From Deltaproteobacteria bacterium (GTDB taxonomy: Bacteria; Myxococcota_A; UBA9160; SMWR01): a DNA stretch of 39,701 nt. Shown piece after piece: positions 1 through 10,298 of this stretch. Made by a program: the position numbers and the translations under genes. The notes beneath the pieces are model-generated. The model was given only the letters and a program-made list of their open reading frames with translations. It did no database searches and was not told the origin of the DNA. The number at the start of each line of letters is the position of its first letter. Position 1 is the stretch's first letter. The DNA is taken from contig JAQBGU010000060.1 of assembly GCA_032128375.1 (NCBI GenBank), positions 1-39,701 on the forward strand. The letters run 5' to 3'.

Positions 1-1080
1 AAGCTCGATTCCGCCCGCCGGCCGTTGGCTCAGCATCTCGCCGAGCTCGGCTACAAGACTGCCGCGTTCGTCTCGGCGCCGTTTCTCGATCGCGCCTATG
101 GTGTCGACCGGGGCTTCGAAACCTACGTGAACTTCCAAGGCGTCGACACAGAAGCCTTTCCTCCGACCCCAGCCGCTCACCAGCGGTCGCACCGGGACCG
201 GTCCGCGTCCGAGGTGGTCGATGCCGCGCTCGCATGGATGAAAAACGACGCCGCCGGGCCACAACCCTGGTTTCTGTTCGTCCACATCTGGGATGTTCAC
301 TTCGACTACGACCCACCGGCCCCGTACGATTCGATGTTCGACCCCGACTACACCGGTAACCTCGACGCGAGGTTTCTGAACCACAACCCTGCAGTTCACG
401 CGGGAATGTCCACACGCGATCTCAACCACATTCGCGCCCTCTACGACGGCGAGATTCGATGGGTCGATTCGCAACTCGATCGGCTGTTCGTGGCGCTACG
501 CCAGAGAGAACGCAGTGAACCGATTCTGATCTCGCTTGTCGCCGACCACGGGGAAGAATTTTACGAACACGGCAACAAGTCTCATTTCAAGACGCTATTC
601 GACGAATCGCTGCGGGTCCCCTGGATCGTCCGCTACCCCGGTGTTGTCGAGCCCGGCATCCGTATCGGTGGGGTAGCCGGGCTCGAAGACGTCGCACCCA
701 CACTGATTGGCTTGGCAGGACTCGCTCCGCTCGCGGAAGCGAGCGGCCACAATCTCGAAGGTCCTCTCAAGGCCGGCGGCAAGGGCACACGACCGCAGTT
801 ACTTCACTTCGGGTTACAGCGCGGGTTGCGCGGTCCGGACTGGAAGGTGACCTATCGCACGGATACGAAAGAAGCGCTCCACTACGACCTGAACCTCGAT
901 CCCTTGGAACAGGCGCCGAAGCCGGCAGCGAAAGCCGCACCAAAGCGGCTCGCCCGTCTCCTCAACCGGTTGAACAAGGCGTATTCCAGCGGCGAGACCC
1001 TGCACTGGGACGCTCCGAGCGAACTGGAACTCGACCCGTCGACAAGCGAAAGGTTGCGCGACCTCGGCTATATCGAGTAG
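1..1080 (+). CDS. Sulfatase-like hydrolase (alkaline phosphatase superfamily), 5' end outside window
   Basis: Frame is open from base 1 (KLDSARRPLAQHL...). Motifs GYKTAAF, FLFVHIWDVH, LYDGEI, ADHGEEFYEHG, LRVPWI and terminal LRDLGYIE are typical of sulfatase C-terminal halves. The catalytic C/S-x-P-x-R motif lies upstream of the window. Confidence 0.88.
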   Translation, partial: KLDSARRPLAQHLAELGYKTAAFVSAPFLDRAYGVDRGFETYVNFQGVDTEAFPPTPAAHQRSHRDRSASEVVDAALAWMKNDAAGPQPWFLFVHIWDVHFDYDPPAPYDSMFDPDYTGNLDARFLNHNPAVHAGMSTRDLNHIRALYDGEIRWVDSQLDRLFVALRQRERSEPILISLVADHGEEFYEHGNKSHFKTLFDESLRVPWIVRYPGVVEPGIRIGGVAGLEDVAPTLIGLAGLAPLAEASGHNLEGPLKAGGKGTRPQLLHFGLQRGLRGPDWKVTYRTDTKEALHYDLNLDPLEQAPKPAAKAAPKRLARLLNRLNKAYSSGETLHWDAPSELELDPSTSERLRDLGYIE

Positions 1081-1101
1081 CACTCCGTCAGTTCGCAGAA
1101 T

Positions 1102-3594
1102 TCAAGATCGGCGGCGCAGTCGCCCCATCAGCTGCATCACTGCGAACACCGCGACACCCAGCCAGCTGGCACCCGATACCCAGAGGCTCGCGCGAACCAA
1201 TGGGTTCGCGTGATGGCTGAACTCGACCCGCTCGTCTGCGACCCGGACGCGGACGCCTTGAAATGCGTGATTCAATCGAATCAAATCGCGCGGCGCGCCG
1301 TCGACGCTGACGCGCCAGCTCGGGGCCCACGACTCGGCGATGACCAGGTATCCAGGTCGGTCGAACTCGCATAGCAGCTCAATCCGCCGAGTCCGTTGGT
1401 CGGTAACGGTGCAGGGTTCGGCGAACGAGTAACCCGCGGCCATCCGGTCGGTCTCGCGCGCCAGTACCCGCGCTGCGGGTTGCGCCGATTGCGGCGCCAA
1501 GGTCCGTGCGCGATCGCCGAACCAATAGCCAATCGACTCGGCCGGCGGAACTGGCGCAGACGGCTCTGTGAGCGTCGCTGAGGCGACGCCGCGCTGAGAC
1601 AAGCGTGCCAGTACCGGTAGGACTTCCCGCGGCGATCCCGATACCAATGCCAGCTCCGGATAGAAGTGCGCATAGGAAATGGTTCGGAGGTTCTCGTGGA
1701 TCTCGATCGCATCGGTTTTCCACCGCGACGCGAACGCGAACGAAGCGGGAAGCGGTGGGCTGATCGATCCAAGTGCACTGACGAAGCGCACATTTGCGAG
1801 CCCGGCGAGCCCGGCGGCGGTCTCCATGCTTCGGGCGGTTGCGCGGGGATCCGTGGCGGCCTGACGCAGCGCGCCGTAGAATCCATCGGTTATGAGTTCG
1901 CTGCTGAAGCGCGTGCTCGACCAGTCGAGCCAACCCCAGGCGAGTCGGCGATCAGTCTCGACAACCCCCAGCATGTTGGCGAGCGGATTGTATTGTCGGG
2001 TATCGAGCAAGCCACCAGGGGGCTTGCCGTTCAATGCACGGAACGCCTCGCGTTGCTCAGCAACGGCATCAGCCGGGTAGCTTGCATCGAGCCGATCTCG
2101 ATAGGGAAACACGTCAGCGACCAGCAGCGATACGAGCGCCATCGCGAAGCCCAACCGGCGCGGCCGGGTCGCGAACAGCCGATCCCAAAACGGTGTCGCT
2201 ACGGCGGCCGCCGCACCCAGCCAGAAGCCAAGTAACGGGAACCCGAAGTGCCCAGGCGCGCGAATGTGCCCATACACGAAAATCCAACGTGCCAGGTAGT
2301 CGAACGGGGTAAGGGCGAGCAGCGCTACGACCGCGACCGCGGTTGCGGCATTCACCCGCAACCTCGACTGCGGCCAGCGATCCAACGCTGCGGCGCGAGT
2401 CACGAAGCACACCAAACCGAGCCAAGCGACGATGACGAGGCCGAGCGCTGCGTGTCCGAGCAATGCAGCCGGACTCAGCCCTTGCGTCCCGGCACCAATG
2501 ACGTCGCGCAGCGCTTCGACCTGGTGCGGACCGATCGCGTGCACTCCCATGGCCAACCACAGCGTGCCTGTCCAGCAGCAGAGTGCAAGCGCCAGTCGCG
2601 ACCGTGCGAATCTGGCCGCAGCGTCGCGCGTGGACAGCACAGCACCCATCCCGACCAGCAAGAGCGCTACGAGTCCCTGGTACCACTGGCCCGGTAGCGA
2701 CGCGGAACGTGCGGGCGACAACCCTTCGAGTCCGCGCGCCAGCACCCCGTTGCGGTCCACCAGGGAAAACAGGCCAGGAAGGGAGTTCCGCTCGCGGTAC
2801 AGATCCAATGAAGCCGGATGATGCCATTGCAGCAGATCGCGTTCGACTAGACCCGGCACTGCCGGGAAGCACACTAACGCCGCCATCACAGCAGCGACTG
2901 TGCCTACGGCAATCACCGCCCGGCGAAGCGATTGCGAATCGCGCGGTTTCGAACCTGCCGTTGCAGCGTACAGCGCGAGCACAAATGGGAAGATCAACCA
3001 GAAACGCTGCATGTCGTAGAACAACAGAGCCGACGCAACCGCCGCCCACATGACGCGACGGCTCGTCGGCTGCTCGGCGAGCCGCAGCCAAGCCAAGAAC
3101 ACCAATGGAACGATCGCCATCGTCACCGGCTGGTGGAGCTGTCCCGAGACGCCGACGAAAACGAACACCGACGGATGCAACACGTAAATCAATGCGCCTA
3201 TGGCGGCACCGCAACCCGACCGGCCGAACGCCCTGCAGAACGCGTACATCGAGATACTGGACAGCGCCAGGTAGAAAGTGACACCGATCCGCAACCCCTC
3301 GACCGGTCCAAACGCCGCTGCAAACGGCGACAGTGCTGCCAACGAAAACAACGGGTGGAGGTAGGTGAGCAGCATCGAGGCGCCGAGATACCAATCGGCT
3401 GTCCACAGGGGCAACGCGTGCTCGCTGGCGATTTGATTGCGAAGCGTAGACAGCAGGCCGACGTGGCCTGGAAAATCGTTCGTGCCCAGACCCGCGTGCC
3501 ACGATTTCGCCCAGAGCACCACGACTAACGTTGCGATCCAGATCAGATGACGCGACACGGCACGCGCATCATCTGGCGACCGGTTCTCAGCCAT
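1102..3594 (-). CDS. Polytopic membrane protein, YfhO / GT-C glycosyltransferase-like
   Basis: 830 aa with many TM segments. N-terminal D..GH...PLWTADWYLGAS..YLHP signature and C-terminal YfhO-like motif LVIAESWAPSWRVSVDG...IRLNHAFQGVRV followed by a last TM helix. Confidence 0.75.
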   Translation of the reverse strand: MAENRSPDDARAVSRHLIWIATLVVVLWAKSWHAGLGTNDFPGHVGLLSTLRNQIASEHALPLWTADWYLGASMLLTYLHPLFSLAALSPFAAAFGPVEGLRIGVTFYLALSSISMYAFCRAFGRSGCGAAIGALIYVLHPSVFVFVGVSGQLHQPVTMAIVPLVFLAWLRLAEQPTSRRVMWAAVASALLFYDMQRFWLIFPFVLALYAATAGSKPRDSQSLRRAVIAVGTVAAVMAALVCFPAVPGLVERDLLQWHHPASLDLYRERNSLPGLFSLVDRNGVLARGLEGLSPARSASLPGQWYQGLVALLLVGMGAVLSTRDAAARFARSRLALALCCWTGTLWLAMGVHAIGPHQVEALRDVIGAGTQGLSPAALLGHAALGLVIVAWLGLVCFVTRAAALDRWPQSRLRVNAATAVAVVALLALTPFDYLARWIFVYGHIRAPGHFGFPLLGFWLGAAAAVATPFWDRLFATRPRRLGFAMALVSLLVADVFPYRDRLDASYPADAVAEQREAFRALNGKPPGGLLDTRQYNPLANMLGVVETDRRLAWGWLDWSSTRFSSELITDGFYGALRQAATDPRATARSMETAAGLAGLANVRFVSALGSISPPLPASFAFASRWKTDAIEIHENLRTISYAHFYPELALVSGSPREVLPVLARLSQRGVASATLTEPSAPVPPAESIGYWFGDRARTLAPQSAQPAARVLARETDRMAAGYSFAEPCTVTDQRTRRIELLCEFDRPGYLVIAESWAPSWRVSVDGAPRDLIRLNHAFQGVRVRVADERVEFSHHANPLVRASLWVSGASWLGVAVFAVMQLMGRLRRRS

Positions 3595-3674
3595 GAGCCA
3601 CGATCACCAAACGAGTATCTCTTGACGCGAGGGAATTCGTGCGCGCATCACGCACCCGGCGATTCGAGCTCCGA

Positions 3675-4139
3675 TCAGTCTTCGAAACGCAACGACGTCG
3701 GCCCAGCTACCGCGTGTTCGAGCAGTTCGACCACGTTTCCAAACGGATCCCGTCCATACGCCCAGCGCGACCCTGGCTCGCCCATCGCGGGCGTATTGAA
3801 GACAACGCCGCCCGACTCGAGCAGCGCGTAGTCCTTCTCATAGTCGTCAGCAGCCAAACAGATGTGGGTCAGCCCATGCTGGTTGACCGGCCGGTTCGCA
3901 TCCTGAACGGGCGTATCGGGATCCGAAAATTGGAACAACTCGATGATCGAATTGCCCTTCCTGATCATGCGGACCAGGCAACCCGCATCGGAGACACCGA
4001 AGGCGGTATTCATCGGGTCGATTCCGGATGGAATCTCCGCTTGCATGACCTCTTCGAATCCAAGCACGCCGCAGTAGAACGCGAGTGCCTTTTCCATGTC
4101 GGGAACCGAAAGCGCTGGGTGGTGGACGCCGAGAATCAT
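3675..4139 (-). CDS. VOC (glyoxalase/bleomycin resistance/dioxygenase) family protein
   Basis: GVHHPALSVPDMEKALAFY, IELFQF, GLTHICL, YGRDPFGNVVELLE. ATG at 4139 is preceded by AGGAG, so preferred over the ORF-track start at 4217. Confidence 0.9.
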   Translation of the reverse strand: MILGVHHPALSVPDMEKALAFYCGVLGFEEVMQAEIPSGIDPMNTAFGVSDAGCLVRMIRKGNSIIELFQFSDPDTPVQDANRPVNQHGLTHICLAADDYEKDYALLESGGVVFNTPAMGEPGSRWAYGRDPFGNVVELLEHAVAGPTSLRFED

Positions 4140-4360
4140 CGCAATGCTCCTGAACCTGTGAGGGCTCGAAATTCGTGCCGGCCGAAACATAGCGGACACC
4201 CCTGCGGGCCTCGACACGGCGAGTTCGGACCGGGGGAGCTTGGGATGCGGATGGCTCCGGCCAAATATTCACGCGTGCAGGGGCGTTGCCAGGTTCATTT
4301 TGACGCGAATCCGTCGTATTCTATGCGACTGCGAACTCGATCGGGAGATCAGACACTGCC

Positions 4361-4903
4361 ATGTTGAAAATCGTGCTCGAACTCAGCGACAAGGATCTGA
4401 AGTATTTTCGGAAGTGTCTTCAGACCGCGGGGAAGGGAAAACACGGGGCAGACGAGTCCCTGATCCTCTTGACCGCTTCCTCATTGGTCAACGAGGTCGC
4501 CGGTGCCAAGGCGCCGGATTTCGTCACCGATCGAATCGGGAAGCTCAGACTCCTGATCGACATGCTCGAGGACACCGAGTGGCGGTTGGCCGGCGCAGAC
4601 CGAGCCCGGGTGCTCAGCGCGCTTGCCTACTTCGTGAACCCCGACGACCTGATCCCCGATCGAATCCCAGGAATCGGCTATCTCGATGATGCAATCATGG
4701 TCGAACTCGTCGTCTCGGAGTTGGTGCACGAAATCGAGGCCTACGAGAAGTTCTGCGCCTTTCGGTCCAAAGGCCCGAAAAACGACGGAGCGATCGCGAC
4801 CCTGCGAAATTCCCTTCAATCGCGGATGCGGCGACGGCGACGGGAGCAACGCGAATTGCGTCGGAGCAGGAACCCCGGACGCTCACCGACCGGCCTGTTC
4901 TGA
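4361..4903 (+). CDS. YkvA (DUF1232) family protein
   Basis: Signature ALAYFVNPDDLIPDRIPGIGYLDDA; Arg-rich C-terminus. Confidence 0.88.
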   Translation: MLKIVLELSDKDLKYFRKCLQTAGKGKHGADESLILLTASSLVNEVAGAKAPDFVTDRIGKLRLLIDMLEDTEWRLAGADRARVLSALAYFVNPDDLIPDRIPGIGYLDDAIMVELVVSELVHEIEAYEKFCAFRSKGPKNDGAIATLRNSLQSRMRRRRREQRELRRSRNPGRSPTGLF

Positions 4904-5217
4904 GCGGTTCTGCCGGCTGTCGGCGAATCACTGCGCCCGAATCGCGAACCGGTCGAAATGGAAGCCGAAGCGATGTCATCTGCGATGAATTCGTGAAATA
5001 ACACATCGATCCCCTGATCGGGCGGAATCTTTTCCCGGTCGCGTACACACGCGCGCGATCTGCCGCGGACAGAACCGCGTCTTCGACTTCATTCCCCCGC
5101 GCCGCAGCCAGCCATGTCGCAGCGCGCGTTCGGCGGGCGAACCCAGCCGACTCCGACGCAGTCGATGATAGACTCCAGGCTGCATCCTGAAGGCAGCGCG
5201 AACAGAAGGGCGGCTCA

Positions 5218-7302
5218 GTGGATTGCGTCGCATGCGGACAGGGGAACCCCGATACCGCCAGATTCTGCAACGAATGCGGAGTGGCGCTCGATACCGGGAA
5301 CCGACCGACGCGATCGGCACGCGATCCGATCAACTATACGCCCCGCCATCTTGCCGAGCAGATCCTGACGCTGCGCGCCTCCCTCGAAGGCGAGCGCAAG
5401 TTCGTGACGATTCTGTTTGCAGATGTGGTGGGTTCGATGCTTCTCGCCGAACGACTCGGACCCGAGCCATGGCATCGGGTTCTCGATCAGTTCTTTCGAA
5501 TCCTGAGTGAATCGATTCACCGCCTCGGGGGAACCATCAACCAGTTCACCGGTGATGGGGTGATGGCGCTATTCGGCGCACCGATTGCCCTCGAGGACCA
5601 CGCCCAGCGCGCCTGCCATGCCGCACTCGAGATCTTCGACTCGCTGAAACCACTCGATGCGACGCTCCGGGCCAGTCACGGTATCGCGTTCACGATGCGG
5701 ATCGGACTGAATTCCGGTGATGTCGTAGTCGGCAAGATCGGTGACGATCTGCGCATGGACTACACCGCTCAGGGACATGTCGTCGGCTTGGCTTCGCGGG
5801 TCGAGCGACTCGCGAAGCCGGGCACGACTTGTTTGACACAGAACACCGCGAAACTGGTGGACGGCTATTTCGAACTGGCGAACCTCGGTGACCACCGCTT
5901 GCACGGGAGCCAGGCGCCCGTGACCGTCTACGAATTGATCCGTCCCGGAATGCTGCGAACGCGGCTCGATTGGGCGGGAGCGCTCGGATTTTCGCCATTG
6001 ATCGGACGCGAGGCGGCATTGTCCTCGCTGCAGCGTGCGTACGACGAAGGTGGCCTCGTCGTCGGAATCGAAGGGCCCGCCGGCATCGGAAAAAGCCGCC
6101 TGGCGCTGGAATTCGTCGCTCGCTGTCGATCGCAGGGCGTCTGCGTATTCGAGGCGCATTGCTCGTCGCTCGGACAGTCGGTTGCGTGGCTCCCGATCAT
6201 CGAACTCCTAGGCAGCTACTTCGCACTCGGAGAAGCCAGCGACGGACGCGATGCAGCAAACAGGGTCGCGCGCGACCCGATCTTTGCGACTTCGCAGTTC
6301 GCGGACACGCTGTCGACAGTCCTCGAACTTCTGGGTCTCGAAATTTCTCAGATCGACGCTGAAAACCTCCGAATATCGCGCGCGCCGGCCTCCACATCGC
6401 AACGTCGCGAGAAGATCGCTGCACTACTCGTGGCGTTGGTGGGAGCGCAGAGCCGTGATGCGCCATCGATCGTACTCATCGACGACCTGCATTGGGTCGA
6501 CGACGACAGCGCGATCGTACTCGACGCGATTGTCGATTCCGTCTCGACCACGCGAACCCTGCTGCTGCTGAATTTTCGGCCCGACTACCGAGCCGCTTGG
6601 ATGAACTCGCCCCACTACCGCCAGCTCGGTCTATCGCCGCTCGGTCGAGACCAAGGGAATGCTCTGCTCGACGCGCTGGTTGGAAACGACCCTTCGCTCG
6701 ACGAGCTGCGAGACCGTGTCTTGAGTGATACCGGGGGCAATCCGCTATTCATCGAGGAACTGATCCGCGCGCTGATCGAAACAGGAAAGCTCGAGGGCGC
6801 GCGGGGCGCGTACGGCCTGATCGATCCAGAGGCACCGCTCGAGATTCCCGCGACACTCCAGCCGATTCTCGCGTCGCGCATCGATCGGCTTCCGGACATG
6901 GACAAGGAGGTGCTTCAAATTGCGTCCGTGATCGGCCGTCGATTCGAACGCACGATCCTCGAGCAGATCTCGGAACTTCCACACGAGCTCGTGGCGGCGG
7001 CATTCGACAGACTCGAGGCGGGCCAGTTCATCCATTGCCCACAGCTTCACCCAAACGCACCATGGGTGTTCCATCATGTGCTGATTCGCGACGTCGCCTA
7101 TAACGCGCTCTTGCAGGAACGCCGCGCAAAGCTGCACAGCGCGGTGGCGTCTGCGATCGAGGCCAGCGGCGATGCACTCGGACAGCGCGCGAACCTGATC
7201 GCGTACCACTGGGAGGCCGCCGGTCGTCCCCGCGAGGCGCGGCGTTGGCGAATGCGGGCCACGCTCCGGGTAACCCACATTCAACCCCGCCGGCACCCGT
7301 AA
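5218..7302 (+). CDS. Zinc-ribbon + class III nucleotide cyclase + STAND ATPase, lacking a long TPR tail
   Basis: CVAC..FCNECG ribbon; cyclase motifs ILFADVVGS and FTGDGVMALFG; Walker A GPAGIGKS; Walker B IVLIDDLHW; GGNPLFIEEL; FHHVLIRDVAY. GTG start. Confidence 0.9.
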   Translation: MDCVACGQGNPDTARFCNECGVALDTGNRPTRSARDPINYTPRHLAEQILTLRASLEGERKFVTILFADVVGSMLLAERLGPEPWHRVLDQFFRILSESIHRLGGTINQFTGDGVMALFGAPIALEDHAQRACHAALEIFDSLKPLDATLRASHGIAFTMRIGLNSGDVVVGKIGDDLRMDYTAQGHVVGLASRVERLAKPGTTCLTQNTAKLVDGYFELANLGDHRLHGSQAPVTVYELIRPGMLRTRLDWAGALGFSPLIGREAALSSLQRAYDEGGLVVGIEGPAGIGKSRLALEFVARCRSQGVCVFEAHCSSLGQSVAWLPIIELLGSYFALGEASDGRDAANRVARDPIFATSQFADTLSTVLELLGLEISQIDAENLRISRAPASTSQRREKIAALLVALVGAQSRDAPSIVLIDDLHWVDDDSAIVLDAIVDSVSTTRTLLLLNFRPDYRAAWMNSPHYRQLGLSPLGRDQGNALLDALVGNDPSLDELRDRVLSDTGGNPLFIEELIRALIETGKLEGARGAYGLIDPEAPLEIPATLQPILASRIDRLPDMDKEVLQIASVIGRRFERTILEQISELPHELVAAAFDRLEAGQFIHCPQLHPNAPWVFHHVLIRDVAYNALLQERRAKLHSAVASAIEASGDALGQRANLIAYHWEAAGRPREARRWRMRATLRVTHIQPRRHP

Positions 7303-7335
7303 TCGCCAAGCGCAGACCCGCCAAGCGCTCATCCG

Positions 7336-7500
7336 CTACCGGTTTCGCCCCAGTGCAACCAACGCGCTCGCCGGAAACATCAAGAACAGCGTCGCTGGAA
7401 TCGACAGCGCAAGCCCCACGTCCAGCGCGGAAGACGCAGCTGCAGGCCGTATCCTTGGAACCGATCGCCCGCCAGAAAAACGAAGATGGCGCCGGCTCAT
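7336..7500 (-). CDS. Possible small membrane peptide (54 aa)
   Basis: ATG at 7500 overlaps the cupin TGA (TGATG). Basic N-terminus then hydrophobic LDVGLALSIPATLFLMFPASALVALG. No family recognised. Confidence 0.3.
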   Translation of the reverse strand: MSRRHLRFSGGRSVPRIRPAAASSALDVGLALSIPATLFLMFPASALVALGRNR

Positions 7501-7892
7501 CAGGTCTTCTTCAATTCGATCAGGATCTCGTAGTAGGTCTTCTCGCCGATGTTGAATGCCCACTCGGTGTTGCCCTTCGGGACAGGCACGGTGTTGCCTT
7601 TTGCTGGGACCTTCCCAATGAATCCGTCTCCCATCGGGCCCGCTTCGGGCATGACACCTGCGACCAAATCGCCAGAGAAGATGACCAGGTAGTAGTTGTG
7701 ATCGTGGCGATGAAGATCGCTCGCCTCACCCGGCTCGAGCCTCATTTCCCAGATTCGGACATCATCGTCTTCGAACAGAATACGGTCGCCGACGTTCCCG
7801 ATCGGATCGCCCTTGTGCGCGTCCCGAAACGCATCCATCCGCGCTTTGAATTCGGGCGTGATCTCAGCGTACTCGGGCTCTGAATACTCCAT
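7500..7892 (-). CDS. Cupin domain protein
   Basis: VGDRILFEDDDVRIWEMRLEPGEASDLHRHDHNY...NIGEKTYYEILIELK. ATG at 7892 follows GAGGA. The longer ORF-track start (7970) reads through a heptamer repeat. Confidence 0.85.
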   Translation of the reverse strand: MEYSEPEYAEITPEFKARMDAFRDAHKGDPIGNVGDRILFEDDDVRIWEMRLEPGEASDLHRHDHNYYLVIFSGDLVAGVMPEAGPMGDGFIGKVPAKGNTVPVPKGNTEWAFNIGEKTYYEILIELKKT

Positions 7893-7907
7893 GCCTTGTG
7901 TCCTCTT

Positions 7908-7956
7908 GGCTTTCGGCTTTCGGCTTTCGGTTTTCGGCTTTCCGCTTTCCGCTTCG
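7908..7956. repeat. Heptamer tandem repeat (GGCTTTC, about 7 units)
   Basis: ggctttc ggctttc ggctttc ggttttc ggctttc cgctttc cgcttcg, read directly. Confidence 0.9.
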
Positions 7957-8086
7957 TTTTCGATCTTCATGAGACAAGGTTCATCGAGCTGCGCGCGGCG
8001 CCTCGAAGTTCCCCAATACTCTACCCCTTTTTCGAATCATCTGGCTGCTGCGCGATCGCCACTTCGCGGCGAGGGCTTCCACATCG

Positions 8087-10207
8087 CTACAGCGCTCGAC
8101 CCACCCGCGCCCCGCTCGAGATCGCGCCCTCGATATAACCTATGTCGAGGGCGTCGCCGATCGAGTGCACTTCCCGCGCGATGCCCTCGAGCGAGTCGGC
8201 GAGTGCGGTATCGGGTGTTACGCCGGATGCGATCAGCGTCTGATCGGCTTCGATCATCCGAAGCCCGCCATCTGCGGCTTCGATTTCGACTCCCGCCTCG
8301 CAAAAGGCGAGCACCCGCGCACCGAGCAGCAGCTCCGCTCCGTGCTCGCGTAGGATATGCAGGGTCCGCCAACGCCGTGGAATCGCCATCTGCGGCGCAA
8401 ACGCTTGCGAGGATTCGATGATGGTCACATGGCGTCCGCGCTCGACGAGGAATTCTGCGAGCTCCAAACCCACCAACCCACCTCCCACGATCGCCACGGA
8501 CTTGCCCAGTGGCATCCAGTGTTTCGACAGCTCGCGCACGCGGTCCGGATGCTCACCGATATTCAACAGTCTCTGGCCGGCCTTCACTAGCGCGCGTTGC
8601 GCGAATGACAGCTTCGAATCAGCACTCGTCCCAGACAGCAGGCTTCGCAGCGCAGTGCCGCCAAATACATGGCGTCCGTCGGCGCCTTTGATATCGGGCA
8701 GTTCGCTTTTCGCCCCGGTTGCAACCACGACCGCGTCCGCGCCGGAAGCTTCGACGAACGCGCGTGTCCCCTCGCGTCCTAGTTCGATCTCGACTCCCAA
8801 TCGTCTCAGCTCGCCTTCCAGGTGCCGAACCAGCGCGCCGTTTGGTTCCCACACCATCGACGAGAAGAACGCGGTCCCACCCAGGTGGTCCTCACGCTCG
8901 CACAGCGTGACGCGATGACCGCGCAGCGCGGCCACACGAGCAGCCTCGAGCCCCGCCGGCCCCCCACCGATTACCAGAACGTGCTTCGTGGTGGTCGCCG
9001 GCTCGATCTCGAACTCTGCCTCACGCGCGCAGGCCGGGTTGACCACACACTTGACGGGTTCATTGATGAAGATCTGTCCCACACACGTGTAGCAATGAAT
9101 GCAGGGTCGGATCTGGTCGACACGCCCGTCGCGGAGTTTGTTCGGGAGTTCTGGGTCGGCGAGGAGCTGGCGGCCCATTGCGATGAAGTCCGCCTCACCC
9201 GCCGCGATCGCGCGGTCGGCGGCTTCGGGCAGGATGCGACCCACGGCGATGACCGGGATGTCGATACTCTTCTTGATTGCCGATGCATACGGAAGCAATT
9301 CCGAAGTCTCGTGAACGATCATCGAGGTGAAGCCGATGCCACTCGATTTTCCGTAGCGACTGACGTGAATGGCATCTGCACCCGACGCTGCGGCGATTCG
9401 CGCGGTCTCGATCGCGTCCGCGCGCGTGATTCCGTTCTCGATGTCGACCTCTTCGGCGTCGAGCCTGACCCAGACGCCGAAGTCGTCACCCACTGCATCG
9501 CGAACTTCGACTAGCACACTGGCCAACAGGCGCGCCCGGTTTTCGAGCACGCCGCCCCAGTGATCCTGACGCATGTTGCAGTGTCGGGACAAGAACTCAT
9601 TGATCAGGTAACCGTGTCCGGCATGGACTTCGACCCCGTCGAAGCCGGCGCGTTTCGCCCGCTCTGCGGCGCTCGCAAAGGTTCCGATGATGCGGCGAAT
9701 CTCCGCATCGTCGAGTTCGAGAAACAGGTTGCCCGGACCGACTTTTGGGTAGTTCCTCACGATGGCATTGATCTCTTCGCGAGTCAGATCGTCGAGTACG
9801 CCCTCCATTGCGATGACGCCCTTGGACGGCACACTCAAGGGTCGTCCATCGGCTAGATCCTTGACGGAGACCTTTCCGGCGTGCTGCAACTGGACCGAGA
9901 TCTTGGCACCGTGCGTGTGGACCCGATCGGTGAGATCGCGCAACCCCGGAATGAATGCGTCGTCCGACAACCCCAATTGGCGGGTCATCGCCGCACCGCG
10001 CGGGTAGTCGACCGCGACGACCTCGGTGGTGATCAACCCGACACCGCCCCGAGCCCGCTCCTCGTAAAATCGCTTGTGCCGTTCAGTGATGTGGCCGTCG
10101 GCTCCGCCGAGATACGAACCCATCGGAGCCATCACGATCCGATTGCGGATTTCGATACAGCCGATCCGGCCGGGGCTCAGCAGTGCGGAAAAATCGGAGG
10201 GGCTCAT
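8087..10207 (-). CDS. NADH:flavin oxidoreductase (Old Yellow Enzyme + FAD + Fe-S; 2,4-dienoyl-CoA reductase-like)
   Basis: NRIVMAPM, ERARGGVGLI, AGFDGVEVHAGHGYLINEFLS, Fe-S motif CIHCYTC-x11-C, GGGPAG and GGGLVG dinucleotide-binding motifs. Confidence 0.92.
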   Translation of the reverse strand: MSPSDFSALLSPGRIGCIEIRNRIVMAPMGSYLGGADGHITERHKRFYEERARGGVGLITTEVVAVDYPRGAAMTRQLGLSDDAFIPGLRDLTDRVHTHGAKISVQLQHAGKVSVKDLADGRPLSVPSKGVIAMEGVLDDLTREEINAIVRNYPKVGPGNLFLELDDAEIRRIIGTFASAAERAKRAGFDGVEVHAGHGYLINEFLSRHCNMRQDHWGGVLENRARLLASVLVEVRDAVGDDFGVWVRLDAEEVDIENGITRADAIETARIAAASGADAIHVSRYGKSSGIGFTSMIVHETSELLPYASAIKKSIDIPVIAVGRILPEAADRAIAAGEADFIAMGRQLLADPELPNKLRDGRVDQIRPCIHCYTCVGQIFINEPVKCVVNPACAREAEFEIEPATTTKHVLVIGGGPAGLEAARVAALRGHRVTLCEREDHLGGTAFFSSMVWEPNGALVRHLEGELRRLGVEIELGREGTRAFVEASGADAVVVATGAKSELPDIKGADGRHVFGGTALRSLLSGTSADSKLSFAQRALVKAGQRLLNIGEHPDRVRELSKHWMPLGKSVAIVGGGLVGLELAEFLVERGRHVTIIESSQAFAPQMAIPRRWRTLHILREHGAELLLGARVLAFCEAGVEIEAADGGLRMIEADQTLIASGVTPDTALADSLEGIAREVHSIGDALDIGYIEGAISSGARVGRAL

Positions 10208-10298
10208 GGTCGCTTCCTCTAGATAGACGGATCTCTACCCGACTGGCCCGATGTCTACCGATTCTCGACAGCGGCCGCGAGCCCCAACGGATCGCTTG

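Noticed and set aside
2114..3502. 462-aa minus-strand ORF
   Set aside because: Off-frame overlap within the YfhO-like gene, with low-complexity Arg-rich composition.
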